Shown: piece by piece, positions 49,862 to 62,611 of the stretch
Position numbering within the stretch: the first letter of the stretch is position 1
How the letters are laid out: each line of letters begins with the position of its first letter
Assembly: GCA_030295235.1 (NCBI GenBank)
Contig: AP026164.1
Span: forward strand, 1,364,001 to 1,428,000
Origin: Fistulifera solaris
Lineage: Eukaryota
DNA: 64,000 bases
Direction of reading: 5' to 3'
Program-made: the position numbers and the translations under genes
The notes under the pieces: model-generated
Told to the model about the DNA's origin: nothing
Databases searched by the model: none
The model's input: only the letters and a program-made list of their open reading frames with translations

Positions 49862-52398
49862 GACCAGCGTCGTTGAAAAAACGCAATACTGAGCACTAGA
49901 AACATTTACTGAACAGCGTGGACTCATTATTCAAGGCCGCAGAACGTGTATTATCATTGATGAAAGTTTTGATGAGAGAATCGTTACGGATTAAAAGATT
50001 ACCCTTTCAGAGGTCGACTGTGTCCTCACATGTAATTTTGGGAAAAGAATGGAGTAAAAAATCATGGTCAATTCAATTCCCATCGCGTTTTTGGCTAAAG
50101 AACACGTCTTGTTCACACTATGAAGCATTTTCTCTCATCTAAGAGCATTCACTATAAGTAGAAAGAAGAACTCGTGAATGAAGTACTTACCCCACCGGTA
50201 CTCAAAATGCCGTCACTATATTCGGATTTGGCAGATAGGGGGGTGGTAAGAACTTTTTGCTTTTTTGGAAATTGGCAGCAAGACTCGCGCCCACCTCCCA
50301 AAAAAATAGAGTTGTTGCCCGCTTTCGGATTTAGGAAACAAACGCCCGACTCACTTGCTCTACGCAATTTCTACGTCGTTTTTGTACTGATTCAGTTTCC
50401 CTCCAACGTTTGAAAATCAAAACTATCAAAACTCTCCGTTGAAAGAATTTCACCTCGTAAACATTGTGCTTCCCTCCTTCCGAGTTTCCTAAACACATCT
50501 GTTTGAAATACTTTTCTCGTTTGTGATGTTTTACTATTCTTATTTCTCGTGACTTCTGTTGCCTTCTCGAATTGTTTGGATATTCTCGAACAGTTGCCTC
50601 AGTTCGCCCCAAAGTACAGAGTGATATTGATCATTCGTTGGTAAATGGAAGGGCTTATTCGTCGGTTAAAACTCTTCGCCCTATGGGATCAAAGGTTGCT
50701 AAGCGAGAAAAGGAGGAAAGCATGAAAGCCGAGGCAATGGCAGCAAAGAAGCTCAAAGTTCTTGAGAGTCTTGCTGATTCTGGTCGTATTCTTGCCTTTG
50801 CATTTCAGAGCGAGACATTTACCAACCTGGCTGCTGTTTTCGAGCAGCGCGGTGAGAAAAAGCCAGGCTCAGGCTTTTCTTAAGAAGGCTGTCGCTCTTG
50901 CAAATGGAGTTCCTGGTACCGACATGTCTGTTCCCTTGGTGTCGTCCGACAACGAGAATTCTCCTAATGCGACCGAGAAAGACCACGGGCGGTGACGGAA
51001 AAGAGAATGATCCTTCACTTGCAGTCCCACAGAACATTGAGATTTGCCGCTCCTGCGAAAATCCATTACCTGCGATGAATCCGACTTCGATCTTCTCAAG
51101 TCGTAGGACGTACCAACGACAACAACAACAAAAACGACAACAACGACACCGACAAGAGTAATGAGTGAAGAGGCTCCAGCATTAGGTCGTACACTTAGAT
51201 TTTAGGATAAATTTAGTAGGTTTTAATTATTAATATTTCATGTTATCATCTACTTTTTGAACTTTGACATAATTGCTCTGTATAGGCGCATATGCTCTTC
51301 AAGATTTACCAACTCATGCCATCTCCCACTAATTGCTGGTAGAGAAGCTTCAGATTCCAAACCTACGACGGGATCTTCTGCTGCATTCAATTGCGCATCT
51401 TGCACCAATTGCATCCAGGTTATGAAGCTCAATTGGTTTTTTAATGAATTGAAAGCTGCGCTGAAGAACACCGAACGCCGCTCAATGTCTTTACGCTGCC
51501 TTCCTGTCAAGAGGTGTATCGTTTTTCTAAATCGTTTGTCGGTTCCTTTATGCCTTTCACGTAAACGACTCCAGAATTCATAAAGTCTTCCATTATGCGT
51601 TGGAATCGGGCCGGAGAAATGCGGAACATGTTATAAAACTGTTTGTCGTTGAACCTTGGCTGGGGACCAAGGTAATCAGTAAGGATGCGCTGCAAAGCAG
51701 CAGCGTGATTGTAAGAGTTGGCGCTTGGGCCTTGGGTGTTTCTTGTGACGATGCTTGCGGGCGACAGGGTCGGTTTCGGGCAAAGTGTCCTCCATTTCAT
51801 CGGATAAAATTTTTGACGATGCTTCCAGAAAATGGTGCGCAGCAGCAGCAGCCTTTGCCGCTGCTTGCTGCGAGTGATGCGCTGCAGTATTTCAGCTTCG
51901 GCAGCTGAAGCCTCCATGATAAAGGATGAAATGATGAACAGGAATGTGATTTGAGTTGAACGAGAAATTACGCAAAAACGAAAATGTCGAGGGGACTCGA
52001 TCGAACAAGACTGAATCGGAATTATCTGCCACACGGCATTCACTACTACATTGGTAGCAAGACTGGTTATGAGTACAAAAAAATTGGCAACTGGCAGACA
52101 GATTCAGTTGTTGCCATTTCCGGATGTAGTGACTGCTCTAATGCCTAAGTATAAGTTGTTTTGGAGCGGTACTCCCTTTTCGTTTGGTGTCGTAGTGTGT
52201 TTGAATAATGTCTTGGTGCATAATGAATTCGTGACTAAAATTGACCGAAGCAATGCATCCGGGACAGAAACAATGTACACAGAATCACGTAGAAGATGTA
52301 CTGGGCATTGCGGTAAAATATTTCTTTCTCCAAACATCTCCGCGCTCGTCTTTTGCCGTCCTCGCCATCTTTGACTGCGAGTGAACTTTATTGATTAA
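49862..52398 (+). repeat. Direct tandem duplication, unit 1 (2537 bp)
   Basis: Begins gaccagcgtcgttgaaaaaacgcaatac and ends gtgaactttattgattaa. Nearly identical to 52399-54938. Confidence 0.95.
50143..52138. mobile_element. Internally deleted (non-autonomous) PIF/Harbinger DNA transposon, copy 1
   Basis: TAA target-site duplication on both sides (50140-42, 52139-41). TIRs GAGCATTCACTA / TAGTGACTGCTC (12 bp, 1 mismatch). Minus strand holds the transposase N-terminus (LTDYLGPQPRFNDKQFYNMFRISPARF) and C-terminus (RWHELVNLEEHMRLYRAI) without a DDE core. A convergent plus-strand ORF2 fragment contains RPMGSKVAKRE. Confidence 0.85.
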
Positions 52399-54938
52399 GA
52401 CCAGCGTCGTTGAAAAAACGCAATACTGAGCACTAGAAACATTTACTGAACAGCGTGGACTCATTATTCAAGGCCGCAGAACGTGTATTATCATTGATGA
52501 AAGTTTTGATGAGAGAATCGTTACGGATTAAAAGATTACCCTTTCAGAGGTCGACTGTGTCCTCACATGTAATTTTGGGAAAAGAATGGAGTAAAAAATC
52601 ATGGTCAATTCAATTCCCATCGCGTTTTTGGCTAAAGAACACGTCTTGTTCACACTATGAAGCATTTTCTCTCATCTAAGAGCATTCACTATAAGTAGAA
52701 AGAAGAACTCGTGAATGAAGTACTTACCCCACCGGTACTCAAAATGCCGTCACTATATTCGGATTTGGCAGATAGGGGGGGTGGTAAGAACTTTTGCTTT
52801 TTTGGAAATTGGCAGCAAGACTCGCGCCCACCTCCCAAAAAAATAGAGTTGTTGCCCGCTTTCGGATTTAGGAAACAAACGCCCGACTCACTTGCTCTAC
52901 GCAATTTCTACGTCGTTTTTGTACTGATTCAGTTTCCCTCCAACGTTTGAAAATCAAAACTATCAAAACTCTCCGTTGAAAGAATTTCACCTCGTAAACA
53001 TTGTGCTTCCCTCCTTCCGAGTTTCCTAAACACATCTGTTTGAAATACTTTTCTCGTTTGTGATGTTTTACTATTCTTATTTCTCGTGACTTCTGTTGCC
53101 TTCTCGAATTGTTTGGATATTCTCGAACAGTTGCCTCAGTTCGCCTTCACCAAAGTACAGAGTGATATTGATCATTCGTTGGTAAATGGAAGGGCTTATT
53201 CGTCGGTTAAAACTCTTCGCCCTATGGGATCAAAGGTTGCTAAGCGAGAAAAGGAGGAAAGCATGAAAGCCGAGGCAATGGCAGCAAAGAAGCTCAAAGT
53301 TCTTGAGAGTCTTGCTGATTCTGGTCGTATTCTTGCCTTTGCATTTCAGAGCGAGACATTTACCAACCTGGCTGCTGTTTTCGAGCAACGCGGTGAGAAA
53401 AGCCAGGCTCAGGCTTTTCTTAAGAAGGCTGTCGCTCTTGCAAATGGAGTTCCTGGTACCGACATGTCTGTTCCCTTGGTGTCGTCCGACAACGAGAATT
53501 CTCCTAATGCGACCGAGAAAGACCACGGGCGGTGACGGAAAAGAGAATGATCCTTCACTTGCAGTCCCACAGAACATTGAGATTTGCCGCTCCTGCGAAA
53601 ATCCATTACCTGCGATGAATCCGACTTCGATCTTCTCAAGTCGTAGGACGCACCAACGACAACAACAACAAAAACGACAACAACGACACCGACAAGAGTA
53701 ATGAGTGAAGAGGCTCCAGCATTAGGTCGCATTACACTTAGATTTTAGGATAAATTTAGTAGGTTTTAATTATTAATATTTCATGTTATCATCTACTTTT
53801 TGAACTTTGACATAATTGCTCTGTATAGGCGCATATGCTCTTCAAGATTTACCAACTCATGCCATCTCCCACTAATTGCTGGTAGAGAAGCTTCAGATTC
53901 CAAACCTACGACGGGATCTTCTGCTGCATTCAATTACATCTTGCACCAATTGCATCCAGGTTATGAAGCTCAATTGGTTTTTTAATGAATTGAAAGCTGC
54001 GCTGAAGAACACCGAACGCTTCGCTCAATGTCTTTACGCCTTCCTGTCAAGAGGTGTATCGTTTTTCTAAATCGTTTGTCGGTTCCTTTATGCCTTTCAC
54101 GAAACGACTCCAGAATTCATAAAGTCTTCCATTATGCGTTGGAATCGGGCCGGGAGAAATGCGAACATGTTATAAAACTGTTTGTCGTTGAACCTTGGCT
54201 GGGGACCAAGGTAATCAGTAAGGATGCGCTGCAAAGCAGCAGCGTGATTGTAAGAGTTGGCGCTTGGGCCTTGGGTGTTTCTTGTGACGATGCTTGCGGG
54301 CGACAGGGTCGGTTTCGGGCAAAGTGTCCTCCATTTCATCGGATAAAATTTTTGACGATGCTTCCAGAAAATAGTGCGCAGCAGCAGCAGCCTTTGCCGC
54401 TGCTTGCTGCGAGTGATGCGCTGCAGTATTTCAGCTTCGGCAGCTGAAGCCTCCATGATAAAGGATGAAATGATGAACAGGAATGTGATTTGAGTTGAAC
54501 GAGAAATTACGCAAAAACGAAAATGTCGAGGGGACTCGATCGAACAAGACTGAATCGGAATTATCTGCCACACGGCATTCACTACTACATTGGTAGCAAG
54601 ACTGGTTATGAGTACAAAAAAATTGGCAACTGGCAGACAGATTCAGTTGTTGCCATTTCCGGATGTAGTGACTGCTCTAATGCCTAAGTATAAGTTGTTT
54701 TGGAGCGGTACTCCCTTTTCGTTTGGTGTCGTAGTGTGTTTGAATAATGTCTTGGTGCATAATGAATTCGTGACTAAAATTGACCGAAGCAATGCATCCG
54801 GGACAGAAACAATGTACACAGAATCACGTAGAAGATGTACTGGGCATTGCGGTAAAATATTTCTTTCTCCAAACATCTCCGCGCTCGTCTTTTGCCGTCC
54901 TCGCCATCTTTGACTGCGAGTGAACTTTATTGATTAAG
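52399..54938 (+). repeat. Direct tandem duplication, unit 2
   Basis: Head-to-tail copy of 49862-52398 with a few SNPs and small indels. Confidence 0.95.
52680..54677. mobile_element. Internally deleted PIF/Harbinger DNA transposon, copy 2
   Basis: Same TIRs and TAA TSDs (52677-79, 54678-80) and the same ORF remnants as copy 1. Confidence 0.85.
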
Positions 54939-54977
54939 TTAATTCTATAGTATTAAAGAAGTCCTCGCAAATAGATC

Positions 54978-57109
54978 ATGGATTTCTCTTCGATTCCGCG
55001 TGCCATTGACAGCTTGCAGCGCCGGCATCCACCTTTGGATGCGGCAATCTTGAAACGGCCGAAAAGATGCGAAACGCGACCGACCCAGAGCTCTTGACGC
55101 GTGCCGCAGAACGATTACTCGAGGATGCGACGCGATGGGAATCGTTAGCTGTTGGTTTGCTCGTAGCGACGGAACTTTTAGCGCAAACGAAGAAAGGAGC
55201 TGTGTACATGGAAGGACCCCGTGTCCCTTCCACCGACACCGCACCTGTCTACACTCTTCCCGAACTCAACGAGGAACAGCAAACCCAGCTTTGCAACACG
55301 TTACACCGTATTTCTATGGAACATTTAGAGCACCCGGAACCCCGTGTTCGTACCATGGTAGCCAAAGCGATTGCTGCCTATGTTGTCAAGAGCTCGTTGG
55401 AAGTTCGACAGGGATTGCATTCACGTCTTATTGGGTCGATTCATCAGCACATTCAGCAAGGACGAGACGATGCTTCTTCCAAATACAGTCGCAGTTCGAT
55501 GGGGGCGTTGGATGATACGACGGGTTGGAGAGCTCTTGAAACAAACTGGCAGTGTCTTGCGTCTCAAATCAGCGCTATGGGTAGTGACTACTGGCGCGAG
55601 TTCCCCTGCACCGATGATATGCTTGCTGATGTGGAATATTCCTGCGTGACTCATGTCAATCGCCACGTGCGTGCGGCTGGTATGGCCGTTTTAGAGCAAG
55701 CCGTCATAGCGGCAGCGGAGCATGATGACATTTTGCAAGGCCCGTTGCGAAAGACGATCAAAGCCGTCATCAGGACGGGCTTGGCGGATAACTGGTCCCA
55801 AGTCCGCTTGGCGGCGAGTGTGCTATGTCGCGTGTTCTTAATCACTTTACAAACCAAAGGAGATACTTTGGACGACATCTTTCCGGTCTTGCTGCCGCGT
55901 ATGTGTTTAAACCGCTTTTACCTCGCGCAAGGTGTCCGCTTGTACAGTCATGAAACCTGGAAACTAGTTTTTCCTACACAAGGACTCGAGTTGGTGGTGC
56001 AATATTTGCCGGCGGTCGTGCGCTACTACGTTCAGATGTGCGATGCTGACAACCATGCGGTCCGTGAAGCCGCGTGCCAAGCCATTGCCGAACTGGCGGT
56101 GCGTTTGGGCAGTCATCCAGAACATCGACAAGTTTTGGCAGATCATGTCTCTACTTTATTGCAAGCGCTCATCATGTGTTTCCACGATGAGTCGTGGCCT
56201 GTACGCGATGAAGCTTGCATGGCCACGGGCACGCTATGCAAATGCTTTCCGGAAGATTGCCGTCCTGAATTCAAGTTGTTGTGGGCACGGTGGACGGAAC
56301 AGTTGACGGATCAGATCTGGTCCGTTCGTCGTGACGCTGCTGTTGCTTTGGGTGATGCACTGGATGCGTACGGTGACGAAGTGTGGAAGCTGTTGGAGAA
56401 CGACCTAATTCCCAAGATATTGCCCGCCGCGCGCGATCAGCCCGCAATGACAGCTGCTGAATACAAGGCCCATGTCAACGACATTGAAAAGCACACCGGA
56501 GCTCAGCTTTACAGCTGCGGTAGTTTGGCACCGAAATTGGGAAAGAATCGCAAAGATGGCGCGGGGCGCATTGGTTGTTCTAGTTGCGGTATCGATCGTC
56601 CCAAAGCGCCATGGGAGGCTACCGATGGGTGCATCTACTTGCTGAAGGAATTGTGCATCAAATCCGAAACCCATGCCGAGCTGAATGATAACGTTTTGCT
56701 TCCACTTTTGACAGAACTTGCCGATGTGTGCCGTGTTCAGCATTTTCCGCAGTCTGATGAACTGCGCACGACTTTGTTCAAGCAACTACCGGAAATGGCT
56801 CACGCTTTAGGCAAGCAGCGCTTCAAAGCATTGTATTTGGAGGTGTTCCTGGACCTCCTGTTTCGTACAATTGAGAGTCGAAGTGCTTCGGCACTTGCTC
56901 AGCATGCTGCTCGTCAATGCGCCCTCGAATTGGCTCATTTGATCGGCCCCGCCATCTTTCGTGCACGGCTCGCAGATGAGATGCAACAGCGCTCCTTTGA
57001 TGAAATCATGCGCGAAGAGAAGAGTGGAAGTGGCAACATGATGGATGATCCGGCTTTCTCGCCATTAGGACCTCCAGGGTTGATCGGTTCTGCCCCTTTC
57101 CCTCATTAA
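54978..57109 (+). CDS. HEAT/ARM-repeat protein of unknown function (5' frameshift error near 55050)
   Basis: HEAT-like units: HPEPRVRTMVA, HVNRHVRAAG, DNWSQVRLAAS, DNHAVREAAC, DESWPVRDEAC and DQIWSVRRDAA. Also an insert YSCGSLAPKL...GCSSC...PWEATDGCIYL. Confidence 0.8.
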
Positions 57110-57309
57110 AATTTAATCCTTTCATTTTAATATGTTAAACTGAAGAACTTCGACAGTGTGAAAATTTCTATTACTCTATCGGCAAACTATTTATATATGG
57201 AATGCTCACTTTCTGCCAGTCAAGCTTGTCGTAATACAAAATACCCGAGGGAAAAGTCGTTGTCCTCAGAGGACTACTAGGTGTGCTCGTAAAGCATACA
57301 GAACCCCAA

Positions 57310-57720
57310 TTATTTAACACAGTTACTCGCATTTTTCTTTTGAAGGAAGGCCGGAAAGAAAGATCCAGTATTTTTCTGTGGAGGTAAAGATGTCTGTTTC
57401 GATGGCTTAGGAGCTTGCTCTGAAGCTCGTTTCTCGTCTTCCTTGGGTGTCGTGGCTGGATCCCCACGAGTGATTTTCGACGACTGCTCTTCTGTGATCG
57501 CAGGAGTCTCATTCAAAGCCGGAAAGCTACCGAAAAATTCCCCTTGTCCACAACTTACGGAAGGCTGTCGAGCGCGGCGACTCGGAGTACTAGGCACGCT
57601 CGATGACTCACCGAAGAACGCTTTGCTTCGCTCGTCTCCAGCAAGTGTGAGACTGGCGGTCTTCACTCTGCGGCGTTCGCCCGTTGGGGTGCAAGGTGGT
57701 TTGTCCCTGGTGTTTTCCAT
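57310..57720 (-). CDS. Small hypothetical low-complexity protein
   Basis: 136-aa ATG-initiated ORF filling an intergenic gap, S/T/P-rich, with no recognisable motif. Confidence 0.45.
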   Translation of the reverse strand: MENTRDKPPCTPTGERRRVKTASLTLAGDERSKAFFGESSSVPSTPSRRARQPSVSCGQGEFFGSFPALNETPAITEEQSSKITRGDPATTPKEDEKRASEQAPKPSKQTSLPPQKNTGSFFPAFLQKKNASNCVK

Positions 57721-58244
57721 AGCAATGAAAAGTTGCTCTCACTTATGCGGCTGAAGCTACTAGTTGAAGAAGATTTTGTGAAAGATAGAAGATAAACCAA
57801 CAATAGAGAACTGGCGAAAGAATGAGAATTGAAAGAGATCTCGCTTTTTCATGATTGATCCTCGACACAGGTTTCTTAGTTCCTGATGGCAAAGTACACT
57901 TATCGCTACAGTAGAACGGATCGTATCTATTTAGAATTAGGAAAGACTTCTAGTTGACGCACCTCTTTATTTTTTTTGAGAATGAATCAAAAAGTAATTC
58001 AATAGAAGCTACAAGGGCTCAGAGGTCGGAGTGGCATTAATTTTGCAAATACTTAGTACTACAGCCTACTCTTCATACTCCGACACAAAAATTCCACAGC
58101 TTTTCATCACGACTAGTTTTCAGTCACGAGAAAGACATCACTCAGCCATTCAAACTCTCCAACCGTCCGTCACACAAGAAGAGTCGTCCTCACAACATCC
58201 TCATCTCGCAAACCATTGGATCGAGAAGCTTACTTGTTATCAGC

Positions 58245-59014
58245 ATGACTAAATTCCGACCCTGCATAGATCTTCATCAGGGACAAGTGAAACAGATTGT
58301 TGGCAGCACGCTCACCACCGAATCGACGGACCTGGCTACTAATTTTAGCACAAACAAGCCAGCATCGGACTATGCGGCTCTTTATGCCAAAGACCAACTG
58401 ACCGGAGGTCACGTCATTATGCTAGGACCGGGAAATACGGAAGCAGCTCAGTCGGCGTTGAAAGCTTATCCCAATCATCTGCAGGTTGGAGGAGGCATTG
58501 ATGAAACAAACTGTCAAGAATGGATCGATTTCGGTGCTTCTCACGTCATTATTACCTCAGCCGTGTTCAAAGATGGAAAGGTATACTGGGAGAAATTAAA
58601 ACGTATTGTTGATTTGATTGGCAAAGAAAGACTGGTTTTGGATCTTTCTTGTCGCAAAAGGATGGGGACTACTACGTCGTGACTGATAAATGGCAGAAAT
58701 TTACGGATTATCCTGTGACACCCGACAATCTCAAGGACTTAGCTCAATATTGTGATGAATTCTTAGTGCACGGAGTGGATGTAGAGGGAAAGCAATGTGG
58801 GATTTTGGAAGATTTGGTGGAACTTTTAGGAGAACACTCTCCAGTCCCTGTGACTTACGCTGGCGGAGTTCGAAGTGTAGAGGATTTAGATTTAGTGGAA
58901 CGACTTGGCCAAGGTAAAGTCGACATTACTGTCGGAAGTGCTCTTGACATATTCGGGGGATCTTTCCCTTATGACGACGTTGTTGAATGGCACAAGGAGA
59001 GAAATGCAGAGTGA
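58245..59014 (+). CDS. HIS6: Phosphoribosylformimino-5-aminoimidazole carboxamide ribotide isomerase (histidine biosynthesis); frameshift near 58655
   Basis: [63 protein letters not shown] and [11 protein letters not shown]. Confidence 0.95.
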
Positions 59015-59153
59015 AAGCCTTGGACGCAATGTAACATTAAACTACAACATGTTACCCGACCACCTTTCAGAGCAATTCCTGTCTTGCTATGAACCTACAA
59101 ATTAAGTATGCTAGAAGTATTATTCTTTTTATTTTTTAAATGTTGCTGGATTG

Positions 59154-59585
59154 TTATTTATGGTTTAATGCTCGCACTCTCCAGAGCCCTTTCTCTCGAA
59201 GCAGCCAGGAGCTGCTCTTGCTGGGCTCTATCTTCTGCGGTAAAACTTGTTGATCTTTTTCTTTTTCTTTTTTTTCTGCCGGTGGCTTGGTATCGACCGC
59301 TTCAGTAGCTAGTTCTATTATGTGATGCAAACCCATTTCTTCCAGAGCCTGTTCCACATGAACTGCTTTCGCAATCAAACTATCTTCCGGTAACTGCAAC
59401 TCACTTCCCAATCGCTCTAAGAAGCGCTCGTGGCACAAGACAAGATATTGTAATGCCGCTGCCGTCACCTGAATGTTGCCGTTTTGCTCTAAAATCGATT
59501 CGACTCCGCGACAAGACCAGTTCAATCGTCCTGGAATGTTCGGAGCCTGTCGCTTCCGGAGCTTTAGACTCTTTGATCCGATCAT
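59154..59585 (-). CDS. Histone-fold protein, NC2beta/Dr1-like (3' frameshift errors in A-runs)
   Basis: IQVTAAALQYLVLCHERFLERLGSEL...IAKAVHVEQALEEMG, then a Lys run and, in another frame, QQEQLLAASRE, which resembles the Dr1 C-terminal helix. Confidence 0.55.
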   Translation of the reverse strand: MIGSKSLKLRKRQAPNIPGRLNWSCRGVESILEQNGNIQVTAAALQYLVLCHERFLERLGSELQLPEDSLIAKAVHVEQALEEMGLHHIIELATEAVDTKPPAEKKEKEKDQQVLPQKIEPSKSSSWLLREKGLWRVRALNHK

Positions 59586-59993
59586 GTTCTTATTGAAAGA
59601 CACAGACACCTTTCAAACAGATACGCGTCGAACAAAAGGATAAATTGTGAAGATAAAGCAACAAATGCAACAAACCTCGCATTGCCTTTCAAGTTTTCGT
59701 CCGCCATTTGTCAGAGTTCGTAATTCGACATGATTTTGAGTCGGGTGTTGAGGTCAGAATTCCATTTTCCAACTGTCAGAATTGTACTCTTCGAGAGACA
59801 CCGCGCTGGCATTTATGTCGCTCGTTCGGAAGAACGAACGCTCGTCCCGTTTTCACTCCGTCGCATTCATTTGCTGCTCTGTTGCGTTGTTGCAGACCGT
59901 TGGAGGCAAACAATACTATTCCACCAATTCGAAATAAATTGTCAAGCAACAAGCGATCTATCAACGCAAGGAACTGCATTCGATCGATCAAAA

Positions 59994-62007
59994 ATGTCAA
60001 ACTTTGCCTACCCGCACATGCGGGCTGCGGAAGTCAACCACAATGGACCTCGGTCGAAGTGTGATCAAGTCATTTATGAGGCTATTGCTAAAGCCTGCGA
60101 GATTGTGGTATCGAGTCGGGTAACGCACGCGAACGATGCGGGGAGCAGTCGCTTTAATTTGCATATTCCGGAAATCAGTCAAGTGCGATCGATTTTGCAG
60201 GCGTGGAGGCTGACGCTTCATGTACCGATTCGTCTGGATGTTTACTATCAGCACGAAGGGGATCGACGCGAATTGCTGGAACGGTGGTGTTTAGAGTACA
60301 AGCCTACTTCGACCGAACACTTCATCCAGACCGAAGGAGTCGTCACGCAGGATCCTATCGTGCAGCTGAGGCACGTCTGTAAACGAATTGTTTTATGGCT
60401 GCGAACTCTTTACTGCTGGACTAGACTTTTGCCCGCGCAGGCTTTAAACAAAAAGGTGTCAAGTCACCGATTGGTTTTTCCATTTACGTTAATTCGGAAA
60501 GAAAAGATGATATCACGGATTTAACCCAAAATCAGGGCTTTCGGTGGCAACGGCAGCCATCGTCGGTTGTTTCTCCTTACGGCGAACTAGAATGGAAAGT
60601 CATTTATAGCTCTTCCGTCTCCCGGTTAGTCGCACTGCAAAAGCCAACCAAATCCGTTGCTATATCGATTCCTGTCTCAAATACTCCCAGTCAGTCGGAA
60701 TCAGATGGAAGGCAGATGATCCGTCACTCGGCACCGTCCCATTTCGTGACGATGCGAGCAAAGAGCTTCAACAGCTCGAACGATAATCATCTAACAAGAA
60801 CAAAGAACTTCAATGACCAGCAAAACACATACGATCCCTCTTCTTTCGTTCGTCCCGTGCACCAGTCTACTACGGCAACCGGATTTTCTCCTCATGGCGT
60901 TTTGAAACGGCGTCATACTTCGATTGGCCAAGAGAGTGCGCCTACGGTTGAAACGGGAAACTTACACGCCCCTGAGCGCATTCTCTCGGGCCTGTCTTTG
61001 GCGATGATGTCTATGAATCAAGACGACGATGACGATGATGACGAAAGTTTCAACATTTCAAGTGATGAACCAGATCTGCCGTCCGATGCCGTAAGTCGGC
61101 GACATGCAGCGTTGCATCAAGTTCCGTTGCACGTTTTGGAGCAACAACAATCACATCATCACCCTGTACCTGCTTCACGAGAGTATGGCTACGGCTACAA
61201 CAATCACATTGCGTGGCAAAACATTCAGCCTTCCATCTCAAAACCAGTAGTTGGTCGTTCTTTTCTGATCTGAGTGACAACAACAATACCTACAGTAAGA
61301 CGCCAACTTATAGTTCGTCATTTCTGGGAAGCACTCCGCCTTCCGCTGCATTCTTGGGTGCTACACCGCCAACTACTTCAAGCTTTCCGCGCCCTGGCTC
61401 AACCATGATGACGCCTCCCTTCAAACCACGGCCGATGGGTTTTGTGCATGAGCCCTTAAACGTCTCTTCGCTTATTCCTCCTCAAGCCGGTGGAATGCAC
61501 ATCGCTGAGAACAAGTCCGGTTCGTTGCAGCCGCAGACCTCGCTAGATCTTTTGCACTCTAGTCCATTTCAGCAACAAGCGCAACTCACGTCTTTGGTAT
61601 CGTCATTTTCGGGATTCGCCGATGGGACGGGATTAAATTCATCGTTGGTGGATCGAACTTTGTGGAATAGTGGAGCACCATCGCGTAGCCAGAGAGAAGA
61701 CGACGATTTTTACGAAGAAGATATCCCCTTTGCAGTCGAAGAAGATACGGTCAGCGCCACAAAGCATCAAAGTCCTGGTTCGTCCCTCATGTACGCTTCA
61801 TCTGCAGTAGCATCATTTGCGCAGAAATGTACAGCGAGCCAACGACTGAGCATCTTTGAGAGTGATACGGCTGCTGATGCTGTATCCCCTTTGACGGACA
61901 ATGTGGCTGACAAGCTGTCAGAGTTTCGGTCTTTCGATGCTTCGCTGCAGGCTTCAAGTAGATATGCGGGCGGCAATTCTTCAACGGTTTTTTCCTTGCG
62001 AACATAA
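59994..62007 (+). CDS. ATG13: Autophagy protein ATG13 (N-terminal HORMA domain + disordered tail); frameshift errors
   Basis: KCDQVIYEAIAKACEIVVSSR, RFNLHIPE, ELLERWCLEY, LRTLYCWTRLLPA and SPYGELEWKVIY, followed by a long S/P-rich tail. Confidence 0.8.
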
Positions 62008-62611
62008 TGGTTTTTCTGAGAATGTAGTACTTATGATGTCAAAACTAAATGTATCCCTGGCTTAGACCCCTATTCACTCATTTTCGGTCGAAATCAGGCT
62101 TTGCATGATCATGCATCATGCATGAATACGATTAGGGCAAACATGACTGTGTGCCGCAACCTGCTTGTTTTTCTGGTGTTTCGTGTGACGGAGAACCGTG
62201 ACCGTGACGACTCGTGACTAGGTGATGTCCGTTGGCCGTTGGCACATGTTTCTGTTCTACGAAATACCTGTACTGGTACCGTAATAGAAAAATGTGCTAA
62301 AGTAGGTGTCGGTTTCTTTTTGTGCTTGCAAGGCAATGCCTGCTGGTACGCAATACCGAGATACATAACCTTTGGTCACAGAACGTTAAAAACAGTTAAC
62401 TTCGCATTCTAAAAAATTTGGCATTGATGCATCACATTCGGCATTCGGCCTAGGGGAAATTTGACTTTGAATTTTGGATACGAAATACGAAATACAAGGT
62501 ATTGGTCAACAACAGGAAGCGAATCATCATCATCGACATCTTGCATCTATTTTCAATGCAAACCTAAGTATTCGTGCTATTAACTAGAGAACTAATCTTG
62601 TGTTTTGAATT

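Noticed and set aside
59730..59993. N-terminal extension of the ATG13 ORF in the ORF track
   Set aside because: Homology-like sequence starts after the ATG at 59994, which has a good aaaATG context. The upstream part looks like 5' UTR or promoter.
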